In this document: positions 44,664 to 57,100 of the stretch, one piece after another
Numbering within the stretch: the first letter of the stretch is position 1
Layout of the letters: the number at the start of each line of letters is the position of its first letter
NCBI GenBank assembly: GCA_964035545.1
Contig: OZ037767.1
Span: 21,282,628-21,346,627 of the forward strand
DNA from: Bugula neritina
Lineage: Eukaryota > Animalia > Bryozoa
Length of the DNA stretch: 64,000 nucleotides
Direction of reading: 5' to 3'
The notes under the pieces: generated by a model
What the model was told of the DNA's origin: nothing
Seen by the model: the letters and a program-made list of their open reading frames with translations, nothing else
Database searches by the model: none
Made by a program: the position numbers and the translations under genes

Positions 44664-47600
44664 ATGGCTACAGAAAGTGGAACAAAGGCCAGTAATGGTG
44701 GCACTGTCAGCAATGGTGAGGGAAAACTGTCAGAAGTTGTTGCCATTCTTGACGCTGGTGCTCAGTATGGAAAGGTACCTGTACTGTCACATGTCATCAT
44801 TGTAAATAGTAGATTCAAAGTGTAGCTGTACTTGTTCTCGTATCTGTACATGTAGCTGTACTTGTAATTGTTATTCTACCTGTGCATGTAGCTGTACCTG
44901 TTCTTGTAGCTGTACATGTACCTGTACATGTAGCTGTACTTGTTCTTGTAGCTGTACATATACCTGTACATGTACTTTTTCTTGTAGCTGTACATGTACA
45001 TGTAGCTGTACTTTTAGGTTATAGATAGAAGAGTGAGAGAGCTGCTTGTGGCTTCCGAAATTCTTCCCCTCAATACTCCCGCTTCCGAGTTGAAGGCGAA
45101 AGGTTACAGGTTGCTGATAATAAATATAATCTAATACAGTATATTATGTACTATTTTACAGTATATATAATAGTAGTTTATGTGATAAATTACAGTGTCT
45201 ATAATATATTGCAGTACATATAATATATTCCAAGGAATATAGTTTATAGCAGTATATTACTGAGCTATACATAGATAGGTAGTAATTTGATATAGCAGTA
45301 TCAGTATTCCAAGTGTTATACATGGTGCAACTGTTTGTAGTTGTATTATCATCACTGGAGGACCAAACTCTGTTTACGCTGTGGATGCTCCTGACTATGA
45401 TCCCGAGATATTCAGATGTGGATTACCTCTGTTGGGCATATGCTATGGTAAGTGGGCGGGGCTTGTCACTATTGTGATGTGTGGGCGTGGCTCACCTTTC
45501 TTTGACACACGCGCTAGTAACAATTCTTTTCTATGAACTTATGATTTCTGGTTTGCTCCAATCAGGTATGCAGATGTTAAATAAGGAATTCGGAGGGGAA
45601 GTTGAAAGAAACGAAAGACGAGAAGATGGGCAGTTTGCAATTGACCTTGACACTAGCAGTCAACTCTTTCAAGGACTGTCTAAAGAGGAGGAAGTGCTAC
45701 TCACTCACGGAGACTCGGTCACCCGAGTGGCCGATGGGTTTGTTGCCACGGCGTATTCAGGCAAAGCCATACAGGGTGAGTGGGGTTGTCTTGCCACTGT
45801 ATTCAGTTGCATTCAGTTTATACCAACTCTATTATTCTCAGGATATGCTCTTTTTTGTTATTTTAGCTATCGAGAACCCTTCGTTAAAGTTATATGGTGT
45901 TCAGTTCCACCCGGAAGTTGATCTCTCAGTCAACGGATTGACTATGATCCGCAACTTCCTTTTTAATATTGTTGGTCTTCACGGGACATTTATACTGAAG
46001 GACAGATTAGAAGAATGCATCGCCTACATACGGAATACAGTGAAAGACAGCAAAGTCTTGGTAGATTATATGTAATTGTAGCATACTCTGTTGCCCATAT
46101 GCTGTAGCATTATATGTTCTGTAGCATTATGTATGTTATGCTGTAGCATATATAGTAACATAATAATAAGATGTATAGTAACATATTATTTAGTAAGATG
46201 TATAGTAAATTAGTAACACATTTAATAACATATTATATAGTAACATATAGTAACATATAGTAACACATATAATAACATACTATATGGTAACATAGTATGT
46301 AATAACACAGTTATAGTAACACATATAGTAATATAGAAAAGACAAACAGAACATGACTAATTTGGTGACTATCTGCAGATGCTGCTCTCTGGCGGAGTTG
46401 ACTCCACCGTCTGTGCGGCTCTCCTTCAGAGGGCGTTGAGTGAAGACCAAGTCATTGCTATCCACGTGGACAACGGCTTTATGAGAAAAGATGAAAGTGT
46501 GAATGTTGAAGCGCATCTCAATGACCTTGGGGTCAAGGTTAAAGGTAAGTAGACTCGAACTAATTTAGACTAGTTTTTAAGCTCGTAGAAGATGGGGAAA
46601 TATGTGTCATGTGGCAACTTGGCAGTCATGTTGAAGGAGTGAGATGTTCTGTTGCAGTGATTACTGCAGCCCAGCAGTTCTACTGTGCCACCACTTATGT
46701 CTCGGTCAAGTCAGACCACCCCAACCCGCTAAAACGCAAGACTCTCATGCTAAATTCAGTGGTGGAGCCAGAGGAGAAGCGTAGAATCATAGGGGACACT
46801 TTCATGATGGTGCGTCTGCTATTCTACGTTGTGCTGATCTGAGACTCGTGTTGATTGTCTCTTCAGATTGATTGCAATGACTCATTCTATTAACAGATTG
46901 CCAATGAAGTGATTGAAGATTTGGAGTTGTCTCCTAAAGATGTTTTCTTAGGGCAGGGTACCCTGCGCCCCGACCTGATAGAAAGTGCATCTAGTCACGC
47001 TAGTGGGCAAGCAGAAGCCATTAAAACTCACCACAATGACACAGCTCTGGTACGAGAGCTGAGAGAACAGGTTCGTAGTTCTCTTTCTCATCTCCTCCTC
47101 TCTCTCCCCGGCTTTCTCTTTATTTTCTGTGTTTGCAACCACATGCTATAGCTTTCTGCATTTTTGTGTGTCAGGGTCGAGTAGTCGAACCACTGAAAGA
47201 TTTCCACAAGGATGAGGTTAGAGAGATGGGCCGAAGTTTAGGGTTACCTGAAGATATGGTTGAACGTCATCCGTTTCCAGGTGAGGAATGGCTAGCTACA
47301 CTATATACAGTATATACTAACATATCTTATATCTTACTATATACAGTATATACTAACATATCTTATATCTTATTATATACAGTATATACTAACATATCTT
47401 ATATCTAACTATATACAGTATATACTAACATATCTTATATCTAACTATATACAGTATATACTAACATATCTTATATCTAACTATATACTGTATATACTAA
47501 CATATCTTATATCTAACTATATACAGTATATACTAACATATCTTATATCTTACTATATACAGTATATACTAACATATCTTATATCTTACTACATACAGTA

Positions 47601-49213
47601 TATACTATACATGTATATTATATCTTACTATATACAGTATATACCATGCATGTATATTCCAGGCCCCGGACTGGCTATACGAGTTTTGTGTGCCGAACAG
47701 CCATACAGAGAGAAATCATTTTCTGAAATCATATCTTTGCTCAAAACTTTTGTGGAATTTCATGAATTATCTTCTAAAGTAAGTAACTTCTCTGGATTAT
47801 CTGAACACTTGTGGGTAAAACTCATTTAAGGAGTTGTTTTCTCAGTAGTACATTTCCATAAATGGTGAGTTCTGTTACATAAAGGCATTAAGACTTGCAG
47901 CCACAGCCTTACTTAGTTTAGCTGCAATTTTTCAGGAATCTCGTCTCACGCCAAAGCAATTAGAAACAATACAAGGATCTCTCCAGGATACCGAGCGCAG
48001 TCGACTCTCCAGTATAACGTCAAAGCTCTCCTTAAATGCAACCCTCCTTCCCGTTCGGTATTATTTACTACTGCACTGTCTCCTCTTAGATATAGTTTAC
48101 TACTGCACTGTTTCTTCCTAGATATAGTTTACTACTGCACTGTTTCCTGTCCGATTGTCTCGGTTCTTGCTGTAATAGGATGTATGTTGCAGGACGGTTG
48201 GGGTACAGGGAGACGGAAGGTCATACAGCTACGTGGTGGCCCTATCTTCTAATGAGTCACCCAACAGCCACTGGGCAGATCTGTTCTTCATTGCTAAGCT
48301 GATACCTAAACTGAGCAGACTTGTTAACAGGTGCTTGCAGCTACTGCCTACATATTTCCTACCTGCTGTAAATTATATGTTGTACACCTATACTTTAATT
48401 ACAAGTGTATAATAGTATTTATTTACACGCTATGTACGCATGATATATAATGTGTTCTTGATTCTACATATTATAACCTTTTACTTACACTTCATGTACA
48501 CTTTGCCATATCACATGTTGTTTGCACTGCATGTACACATGAGTAAATTATGTTATTTAAATTTTACTTCCACTGCACATACACATGTTATATAATATGT
48601 TACACAGGGTGTGCTGGGTATTTGGCACACAAGTTGAACATCAAATGAATGATATTACGCCAACTTGTCTCACTGTGAATGTGTTGAAGCAACTTCGGCT
48701 GGCTGATAATATAGCTTACAAGGTGAGTTGTCTTTATGAAGTGCTAGTTCTATATAGCTCAATTCTTTGTCAGTCTAACTCTCAAAACTCTCACACCGAC
48801 ACTGATTTTCATGTCGCAGGTACTCAAAGAGCACAAAGCACTGAGGTGTGTGAGTCAGATGCCAGTAGTGTCTATCCCTATACACTTTGACAGGGCACCT
48901 GAGCAACATGTGCCCTCCTGCCAGAGATCTATTGTACTTCGACCTTTCCTCACAGCAGACTTTATGACAGGGACACCTGCTCTGCCTGGCAAGCAGTTTC
49001 CACAGCTGGTAGGTGATTTTCTTTGACAGGGCACTTGTGCATCTGTATCTTTGTTGTCATATATGTGATAGAAGCACTTGTTAACCTCTTCCTTATGTTA
49101 TGCTTTTCAAGGTGTTGGATGACATGGTAGATAGAATATCTGCTGTTCCTGGAATATCCCGTGTGCTCTATGACATGACAAGTAAACCACCTGCAACTAC
49201 TGAGTGGGAATAA
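44664..49213 (+). CDS. GMPS: GMP synthase (glutamine-hydrolysing), multi-exon
   Basis: [122 protein letters not shown]. Confidence 0.97.
47301..47640 (+). repeat. 36-bp minisatellite carrying TACTAAC and a downstream YAG
   Basis: Unit CTATATACAGTATATACTAACATATCTTATATCTTA; TACTAAC at 47315+36n (8 copies). Confidence 0.9.
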
Positions 49214-50313
49214 GTGACTTGTACTACATGTTAGCTGTCATCTGCAAAGTGTCAGCTAGTTCCTGTACCCTGACAGATGTCACTCGACTCATGTATAATA
49301 CTCTGACAGCCATTTACAAGTTCTTGAACAGTAGTACCTAGGACTTGTGGTGCTGGTGTAGATAAGCATGCATTACCCTGTTGTATATCTCATTCTCTCA
49401 TTCTGGATATACTCTAGGAATTGTATTGCATCTATTCTCCCAGTAACTGCTCAAGTATGGCTGCAATAGCCTTGCGAATTATGTATATTTCTATCAATAT
49501 TCAAGAGAAGATAATTCTCAATAGCGTAGACACTTGCCATTCACGTATTGTATGATCTACTTATCACTCTTTGTTATAGAAAAGAGGGTTTAGCCTAGAC
49601 TCATCCTGACCTACTCTTATTATATTTTTGCTGGTATTTGGTCTTCAGGCTAATTAGGCAAAACTTTTTTAAAACTTTTTATTTTTGTATTTATTTTAAC
49701 TTCAATATACAAAAATATTAAGATTTGATATAATATTCAATGTAAGATATCCTGGCTGCTGATTGGTTGATTCCGCAAAATCTCCCATCAAGCTCTTTCT
49801 TGACTGCAGCTATTATAAATTCTTTCTTTCTTGGAAGTTATGCTGCCTCTTTATTTATATTGTCACTACAGCTGTGTTATTGTACTTGAACCTTGGGTGT
49901 AGTGCAAGGAATGCTGTACAATACTGACAACTCGGAATAGTTTGCTATTTATTCAGCAATACATAGACTAAGATATTCAGTTATGGATAGCTAGATTGGT
50001 ATGTCTACTCACTACCCATTTGTACTAGCCTCAGTTTCCTATCTAACTGAAAATCCAGATCTAGTGTGGATTATTGGTAACTTTCTATCTTATTCAGGTC
50101 TATAATTATAACGTATTTACTGCATGACTGGTTTATATACCGACTGAAGTATATTGATTTGAGAACAATGCTCTATTTCAATAGCTTAAATTTCAACAGA
50201 ACAAAGCACACTCAAGTGAATACTAGAGTTCTTTATTAGCCTAACCTCATTTCATATTTGTGCACGGCTAGTGTGCTTTCTCAGTCGTACTTTACAAGGA
50301 TTTACAGGCTACT

Positions 50314-50326
50314 GTAACCTAGCAAC
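50314..50326 (+). promoter_or_regulatory. RFX X-box upstream of the ciliary gene EFCAB6
   Basis: GTAACCTAGCAAC matches the RFX consensus GTNRCC-N0-3-RGYAAC and lies ~115 bp before a candidate 5'UTR donor (GTAAGT at 50440). Confidence 0.65.
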
Positions 50327-50566
50327 TTCAAGTAATCTAATAGACTACTAGTTAACAACGTGATTTAATAATCAGTAGAGTAATTACTGGCTCTTATCAA
50401 AAAGTGATAGACTTCTCATTGACTGGTCACTTAAGAGCGGTAAGTCAAACTACTTCAGGGTCTCTATCTTTTCAAAACTCATCCATTATGCTTTGGAATT
50501 CAAATTATTATAAAAAATTTTTTACTGGCCTGCTCTAAGTCTATTTTACTAGTGCTCTATAGCTTC

Positions 50567-50855
50567 CTGTAGTTACACTATGGTAGTCTGTAGTTACACT
50601 ATGATAGTCTGTAGTTACACTATGATAGTCTGTAGTTACACTAAGGTAGTCTGTAGTTACACTATGGTAGTCTGTAGTTACACTATGGTAGTCTGTAGTT
50701 ACACTATGATAGTTTGTAGTTACACTATGATGGTCTGTAGTTGCACTATGGTAGTCTGTAGTTACACTATGGTAGTCTGTAGTTACACTATGATGGTCTG
50801 TAGTTACACTATGATAGTCTGTAGTTACACTATGATAGTCTGTAGTTGCACTATG
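50567..50855. repeat. 21-bp minisatellite in the inferred EFCAB6 5'UTR intron
   Basis: CTATGGTAGTCTGTAGTTACA tandem copies. Confidence 0.95.
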
Positions 50856-51140
50856 TGCAGGAAGAATGTGTCTGCATATGAGTAAATGCAAGAGTTCATG
50901 TGCTATACCCACTAACCTAGCTGCTAATTCGTTGCACCATTCTCTGTGCAGCCACTTACAACCCTGTTTAGGCATTGGACAATAGTTTCACAGCCCTCTG
51001 CTCACAAAATGTTGAAATTGCATATGTTACATATTATGTTTATATGACATGTAAAGCTGTTATTTACCATCAGTAGATAAAGAGAGTTTCTCTTAGCACT
51101 TCTTGTAATCACTGTAGGTAGTAATGGCAGCATCTGGGGA

Positions 51141-54100
51141 AATGCTGACGGTTAGTCGACCTGGAACATCTGCCTCGTTTGGTTTCAGACCAGATTCCAA
51201 GTTGAGAATATCTCGACCCAACCTCAGCCGGTCTCAGACCAACCTCAAACCTATTGAGCGGTCGAGTGAGTTTTGTGTGGGCCTGTAAGCCACATTTCAC
51301 CTAACATGGAATATCATCCACCTTGCCATCACCTAGTACAAAGTGTCACCTAATATAATGTCACCTAGTATAGAGTGTCACTTAGTATAGAGTGTCACCT
51401 AGTATAGTGTGTCACCTAGTAGAGTGTCACCTAGTATAGTGTGTCACCTAGTATAGAGTGTCACCTAGTATAGAGTGTCACCTAGTATAGTGTGTCACCT
51501 AGTATAGAGTGTCATCTAGTGTAGAGTGTCACCTAGTATAGAGTGTCACCTATATTGAGTGTCACTTAGTATGAAGGGTTATTTACCTTTCCCATCATTC
51601 AGTAATGTAGAGAGAAAGTCATTAGACAGGTGCCATATAGGAACAGAATCAAGTGATAAATGAGTGAATATGTCACTCAAATACACTTATTAGGATTAGG
51701 TAACTGCAATGGGGTTATAATAAGTAAATAGATTAATTAGAGTCACTGCCCTTTCTTTTCATCTTTTCCATAGAGTTTGTTAACCTGGTGAACTGCCACT
51801 AGAACCTGATTGATATTGCTATACTGCCATTTGTATGCAAGTCATATGATCACACCACTGCCTGTTCTAGGTCCTTCGCCGGGAGTTGTCAACCCTAACC
51901 TGTCTAGTATTGAAGTAGAAAACTTACTGAGATCTCAAGTGAAGAGTAATTATGTGAAACTGCTTCAAGTAAGATCTTGCCTATCATCGGGTTATTTTAA
52001 AAATAATTGTAGTGAAACATGTTAACTCACTGACACGTTGACTCACTGACACGTTGACTCACTGATACATTGACTCACTGATACATTGACTCACTAATAC
52101 GTTGACTCACTGATGCATTGACTCACCCTTATGCTCTCTCTTTCTCTTTCAGGGGTTCCGTAACTATGACATCAATAGGATAGATGCCGTGAGCAAAGGG
52201 GAATTCCGTAGAGTTTTAGAAGCGTTCGCTTTATCTTTGACCTCAGAGCAATTTGAATCCATAATAGCCAAAGTTCCCACCGACAGGTCAGGGGCTCTGC
52301 TTTATGTTGAGTTTCTTGAGAGGTTCTATGGCAAAGACAAACCTTCTAAAGATGACTTTGCTGCTTCATACAGGTTTTTATCAACAATGTTTTGTTATAT
52401 TATCTCTATTTATAGTATATCTATCTACAGTATCTCTATCTACAGTATTTTTATCTACAGTATATCCATATACAGTATATCTACCTACAGTATATCTATC
52501 TGTAGTGTATCTATCTACAGTATATCTATCTATACTATAACAATCTACAGTATATCTATCTACAGTACATCTATATACTGTATATCTACCTACAGTATAG
52601 TTATCTACAAGAGCTCTATCTACAGTATATCTACCTACAATATGTGTACATACTACATACAATATGTCTATCTACAGTATCTCTATATATAATATCTCTA
52701 TATACAGTATCTCTATTTTATTATATAAGCCAGTGTATCAGGGTTGGGGTAATTGTAATTTGTAATTGTAATTGGCTGTAATTAATTACATTTTTTCAAG
52801 TAATTGAATGTAATTTGTAATTGAGGCTTAAAAATGTAATTGTAATTGTAATTGTAATTAGTTACATATCTAATGTAATTGATTTTTACAATTACTTTAT
52901 AATTACATGTCAATTACTTCAAACTTTTAAATCTTAAAAAACTCCTTCTTTTTCTACAATGCCTACTGTTAAATAACAAGTTCAGATAGTTAGGTCAATA
53001 TAGTAGGGTCATTCCATGCCAGCTCACCGAATTGCACGCGTCTATTTGCGTCTCAGATTTTGTTCATGTTTACACCAAATAGACCTACACATGCCTCAAG
53101 TACTCTTCTTCAGTATTTCTGACCTGACACAAATTTTTTTGAGAACTGACTACTTTTGTGGACAAAGGTTGAGAAACATTTTGAGTAAAATTTGTGATTT
53201 CTACTTTTAGACTAATCTATAAACGTCTATATCTCAATCATTTTTCTAGCCTGAGCCTTAAAATTTGCTGTGTGATTTGATAATACCTATCAATTTGCAC
53301 TAGTAGCAACACATATTACAGAATACTTTGTGTGCATATATGCAAAGTCATTGAATATGAACAAATCTTTGTAAATTTTGAAAAATTTCAAATACTCGCC
53401 TAATCAAATTTTAAATTACTTATAAATTGGTTTAAAAGTATAAATCACAAATTTTCCTCAAAATATTTTTCAACCTTTGTTCACCAAAGTAGTAATTTCG
53501 CAAAGTGTTTTTGTGTCAGGCCAGAAATATTCACGAATGGTGATCTGAACATGTGTAGGTCCATTTAGTGTAAATATGAGCAAAATCTGAGACACAAAGA
53601 TGTGGGACCCCTTGAAAGTTGGTTGATTTGATATGGAATGATATAATAGTATCACTGTAGAAAACAAAAGAGGTTCACCACTGTCAACACTGCCCCTGGT
53701 AGCTAGACCCTAGAAGTGACTTCTATTTATTCCTTGTGAGAACAAAAGTAATTGTAATTGTAATTAATTACATTGCCATGTAATTGTAATTGTAATTAAT
53801 TACATTTATTTTTTACTGTAATTATAATTGTAATTGTAATTGACAAATCTTCATGTAATTGTAATTGTAATTAATTACATTTACATGTAATTGACCCCAA
53901 CCCTGCAGTGTATATATGTATATGTATAAGATAACTGATGTGGTATTGCGTCACACGCTGTAGAGTTGTAAAAACCCCAGTGAAGCAGCCAGTAGAGGTG
54001 AATATGGATATGGTAGAGAAACAGCTGCAAGAAAAAATCAAATTGAATGCCAAAGACTTCATCAAGTCTTTTCACCTTTTTGATTACAACAGAGATGGTC

Positions 54101-57100
54101 GAATTCAACGTCATGACTTCCGGAAAGTTCTGGACAACAATGCAATAAAGCTCAACGACTCTCAGTTTGAAAAGTGAGTTTGTATCTCATTCATCTTTTT
54201 CAGCTGTGATATATCTTCCATCAGTCTTTTTTTCTGTTTTCTAAATGATAAGTTCTGCTTAATACCAAACTTATTAAAACGTTCTTTTTTAGTATTGTGC
54301 ATGACTTTGTTATGTAATTTTACCGTAAATATATAACATTACAAATATTTGTGTGCAGCTATGACATCATGTGTGTAGCTATGTATCACATGTGTGATAC
54401 TCTATGATGTCATGTGTATTTGTGTAAATATGACATACCCGCATGCACACGCACGCGCACACACACGCGCACGCACACAGACACGCACACACAGATGATA
54501 TACAGTGATGCTTTATTCTAAACAGGTTATGGATGAGGTACGACTTTCACCACACCGGTACAATGGACTACAAGGACTTCCTCAGACGACTTGGTGTAAA
54601 GATAATGCAACCTCTCTCTCAGGTCAACAAGCCTCCTTGTAAGTTCTGTTTGCTTTCACTCCCTAAATTGCTATTCGCTATAGTATTTTCAGTGTGAATT
54701 TCAGTGTATATTATTCACAAGTTGGCTATGATCTTTGGTAGTAATTGCTTATATCAAGTCAGTGCTCCTCAGGGTTCACACTCATTCTAATGCAGCCATG
54801 TGATCATTTGGGATTTTGGAATACCTGCTAGATTTGTTGAGGAGTTAGTCTTCTCTAGTAATATTATAGCTAATGTTGTGTGTGTTCTTAGCTTTTGGTG
54901 TCAATACCAGAGCACCTGCTAAGCCTGCCAATGAGTCAGTCTCCCCTCTGAAGCATCTGAATATTGATCAGTTAGACAGAGAGTTTAGAAGGCGGGTGAG
55001 TGGTACTTCATTACCAGTATAGTTATTCAGTCTTTAACTATAAATATTATCTCGGCACGAGGTTGGAAAATGAAAGTGATGTACTAAAAACTTTAAGAAC
55101 ATAATTTTGTTTTAAATTAATAATGTTTTTTTTGATGTTTTTATAGAGTTTTAATTGCATTTTAATGGTCTATCAATGGTTACTGTTGTGATTATTAGTT
55201 TTGTGATGAACTTGCAATTGTCTTCTCTTGTTATTTGATTGTTGTAAGATTTTTCATTCACTAGATGAGGACCAACTATGTGAATGTCAAAAGAGCTCTC
55301 AACGCATGTGATAAAAACAATGACGGGTTTATCTCCCTTGTTGATTTGAGAGCTGTGTTGTCTGCATTTACTATACCAATGTCTGAGCAACTGTTTGTAC
55401 AACTGATGGAGAGGTGAGCTTCTACTGCTTACTCTGGTATTACCTCGGTACATATATTACTTACTCTGATATTACTTCACTACATCTATCACTTACTTTG
55501 GTATTACCTCAGTACATATATTTTTTACTCTGGTATTACCTTAGTACATATAGTACTTGATAATACATTATCACCAACTACTCTAGTATATTGTTATTGT
55601 GTATTACCACTAACCACTCTTTTTGTTTAGGGCTCAGATTAAAGCTAGTGGCCAAGTGTGTTGGGGAGTTGTTCTCTCAAAATTTCAAGATCCCCAGTCT
55701 GAAGGAAATGGTCAGAGTATTCCAATCAAGTCCAATCATAAATATTTCCCAGTGAAACAGTACAATGAGGAGGCAACTTCTGACGAGTTGTGGAATCTCT
55801 TACATCGTCATGTGACCAGTGCATATGGATCATTCAAAAACGCTTTTCTTCAAATGGATGAGGTGTGTGTAGAATATGATGCGGCTGAATGGTTTTATAA
55901 TATAAACTGTTTTTATAGTTTCTACCAGTCTTGAATTTTTAGTGAAACAAATCAACTTTCTATTTATTGTTCTCTTAGCACAATATGTTAAAAATTGCGA
56001 AGCACTTTTCGTTGTATTGCAGTTAGTTTGTATTGCCACGGTTTAAGAAAATAATGGTTGTCTTAAAAATGCAGGGTCATACGGGACGCATCTCTAAGAA
56101 AGACATCAAGAAGGTATTACAGAACTTCAAAATTCGTCTAAGCAAATCACAGTTGAACAAGTTGATGAAGCGATTAGATCCTGAAGATTTAAACTCTATC
56201 GACTACCAGTCTTTCCTCTCTATATTTGAACCAAGGTAGCTGTTGTTTTGCTACTCATGTGAACGCTAATGAAGTGTTTCACTTCTAGTTAGTTTGAGTA
56301 ATCATTGTTTGATCTATGTCAACTTAGTATACATGTACTCTGTCTACTTAGTACTCATGTACTCTGTCCATTACGCTACCATGACAACTTCTTAAAATAA
56401 TGTATGCATATAATAATATGAAGTAAACATAAAAATATTTTATATTATATTATGCAAAATAATGTTATGTTAGGGAGACCAACGAAGGCCACAAATGGTT
56501 GCATTCTGAACACAGATATAACGAGGAGCAGAAGCCAGTTATCCTAGCCTGGGATACTGTGAGTACTATTTAGTAACTACTTCTTGACTTTATGCTGGGA
56601 TATTAAGACTAGTACCAAGTCTAAGTACATGTTGCATGATATCTTCTTGATGTTATGATATAATGTATGTAGTGTCAGTTGACAACACGCTTGTACAACA
56701 TAATCTTATGTCTAGGTTGATGAGATCCTTTGCCAGAAGCTAACTGAAAACTGGAGCATAATATCACCAAAACTTAAATCTTATGATCCTCTAAACTCTG
56801 CCAAAATCAACAAATCTTTACTTAGAAAAATCATCACTCAGTACTGCATACCCATATCTGATGATCACTTCAACTAGTAAGTACTGTGTATAAGTATCTA
56901 GTGATCATTTCAACTAACTAGTACACAATATATACTAGTAATTGGTAATCACTTTAACTAGTATGTATCATATACTAGTAACTAGTGATTATAATCACTA
57001 GTAAGTACGGTATGCTAATAACAGGTAGTAACTTCAACTAATAAGTACTGTGTACAAGTGTCTAGTGACTATTGCAGTATGATATCACGTCTAGAGGATT

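Noticed and set aside
53016-53667. Short ORFs inside the hAT-like element as a possible transposase
   Set aside because: They are 64-65 aa with no transposase motifs; the element is non-autonomous.
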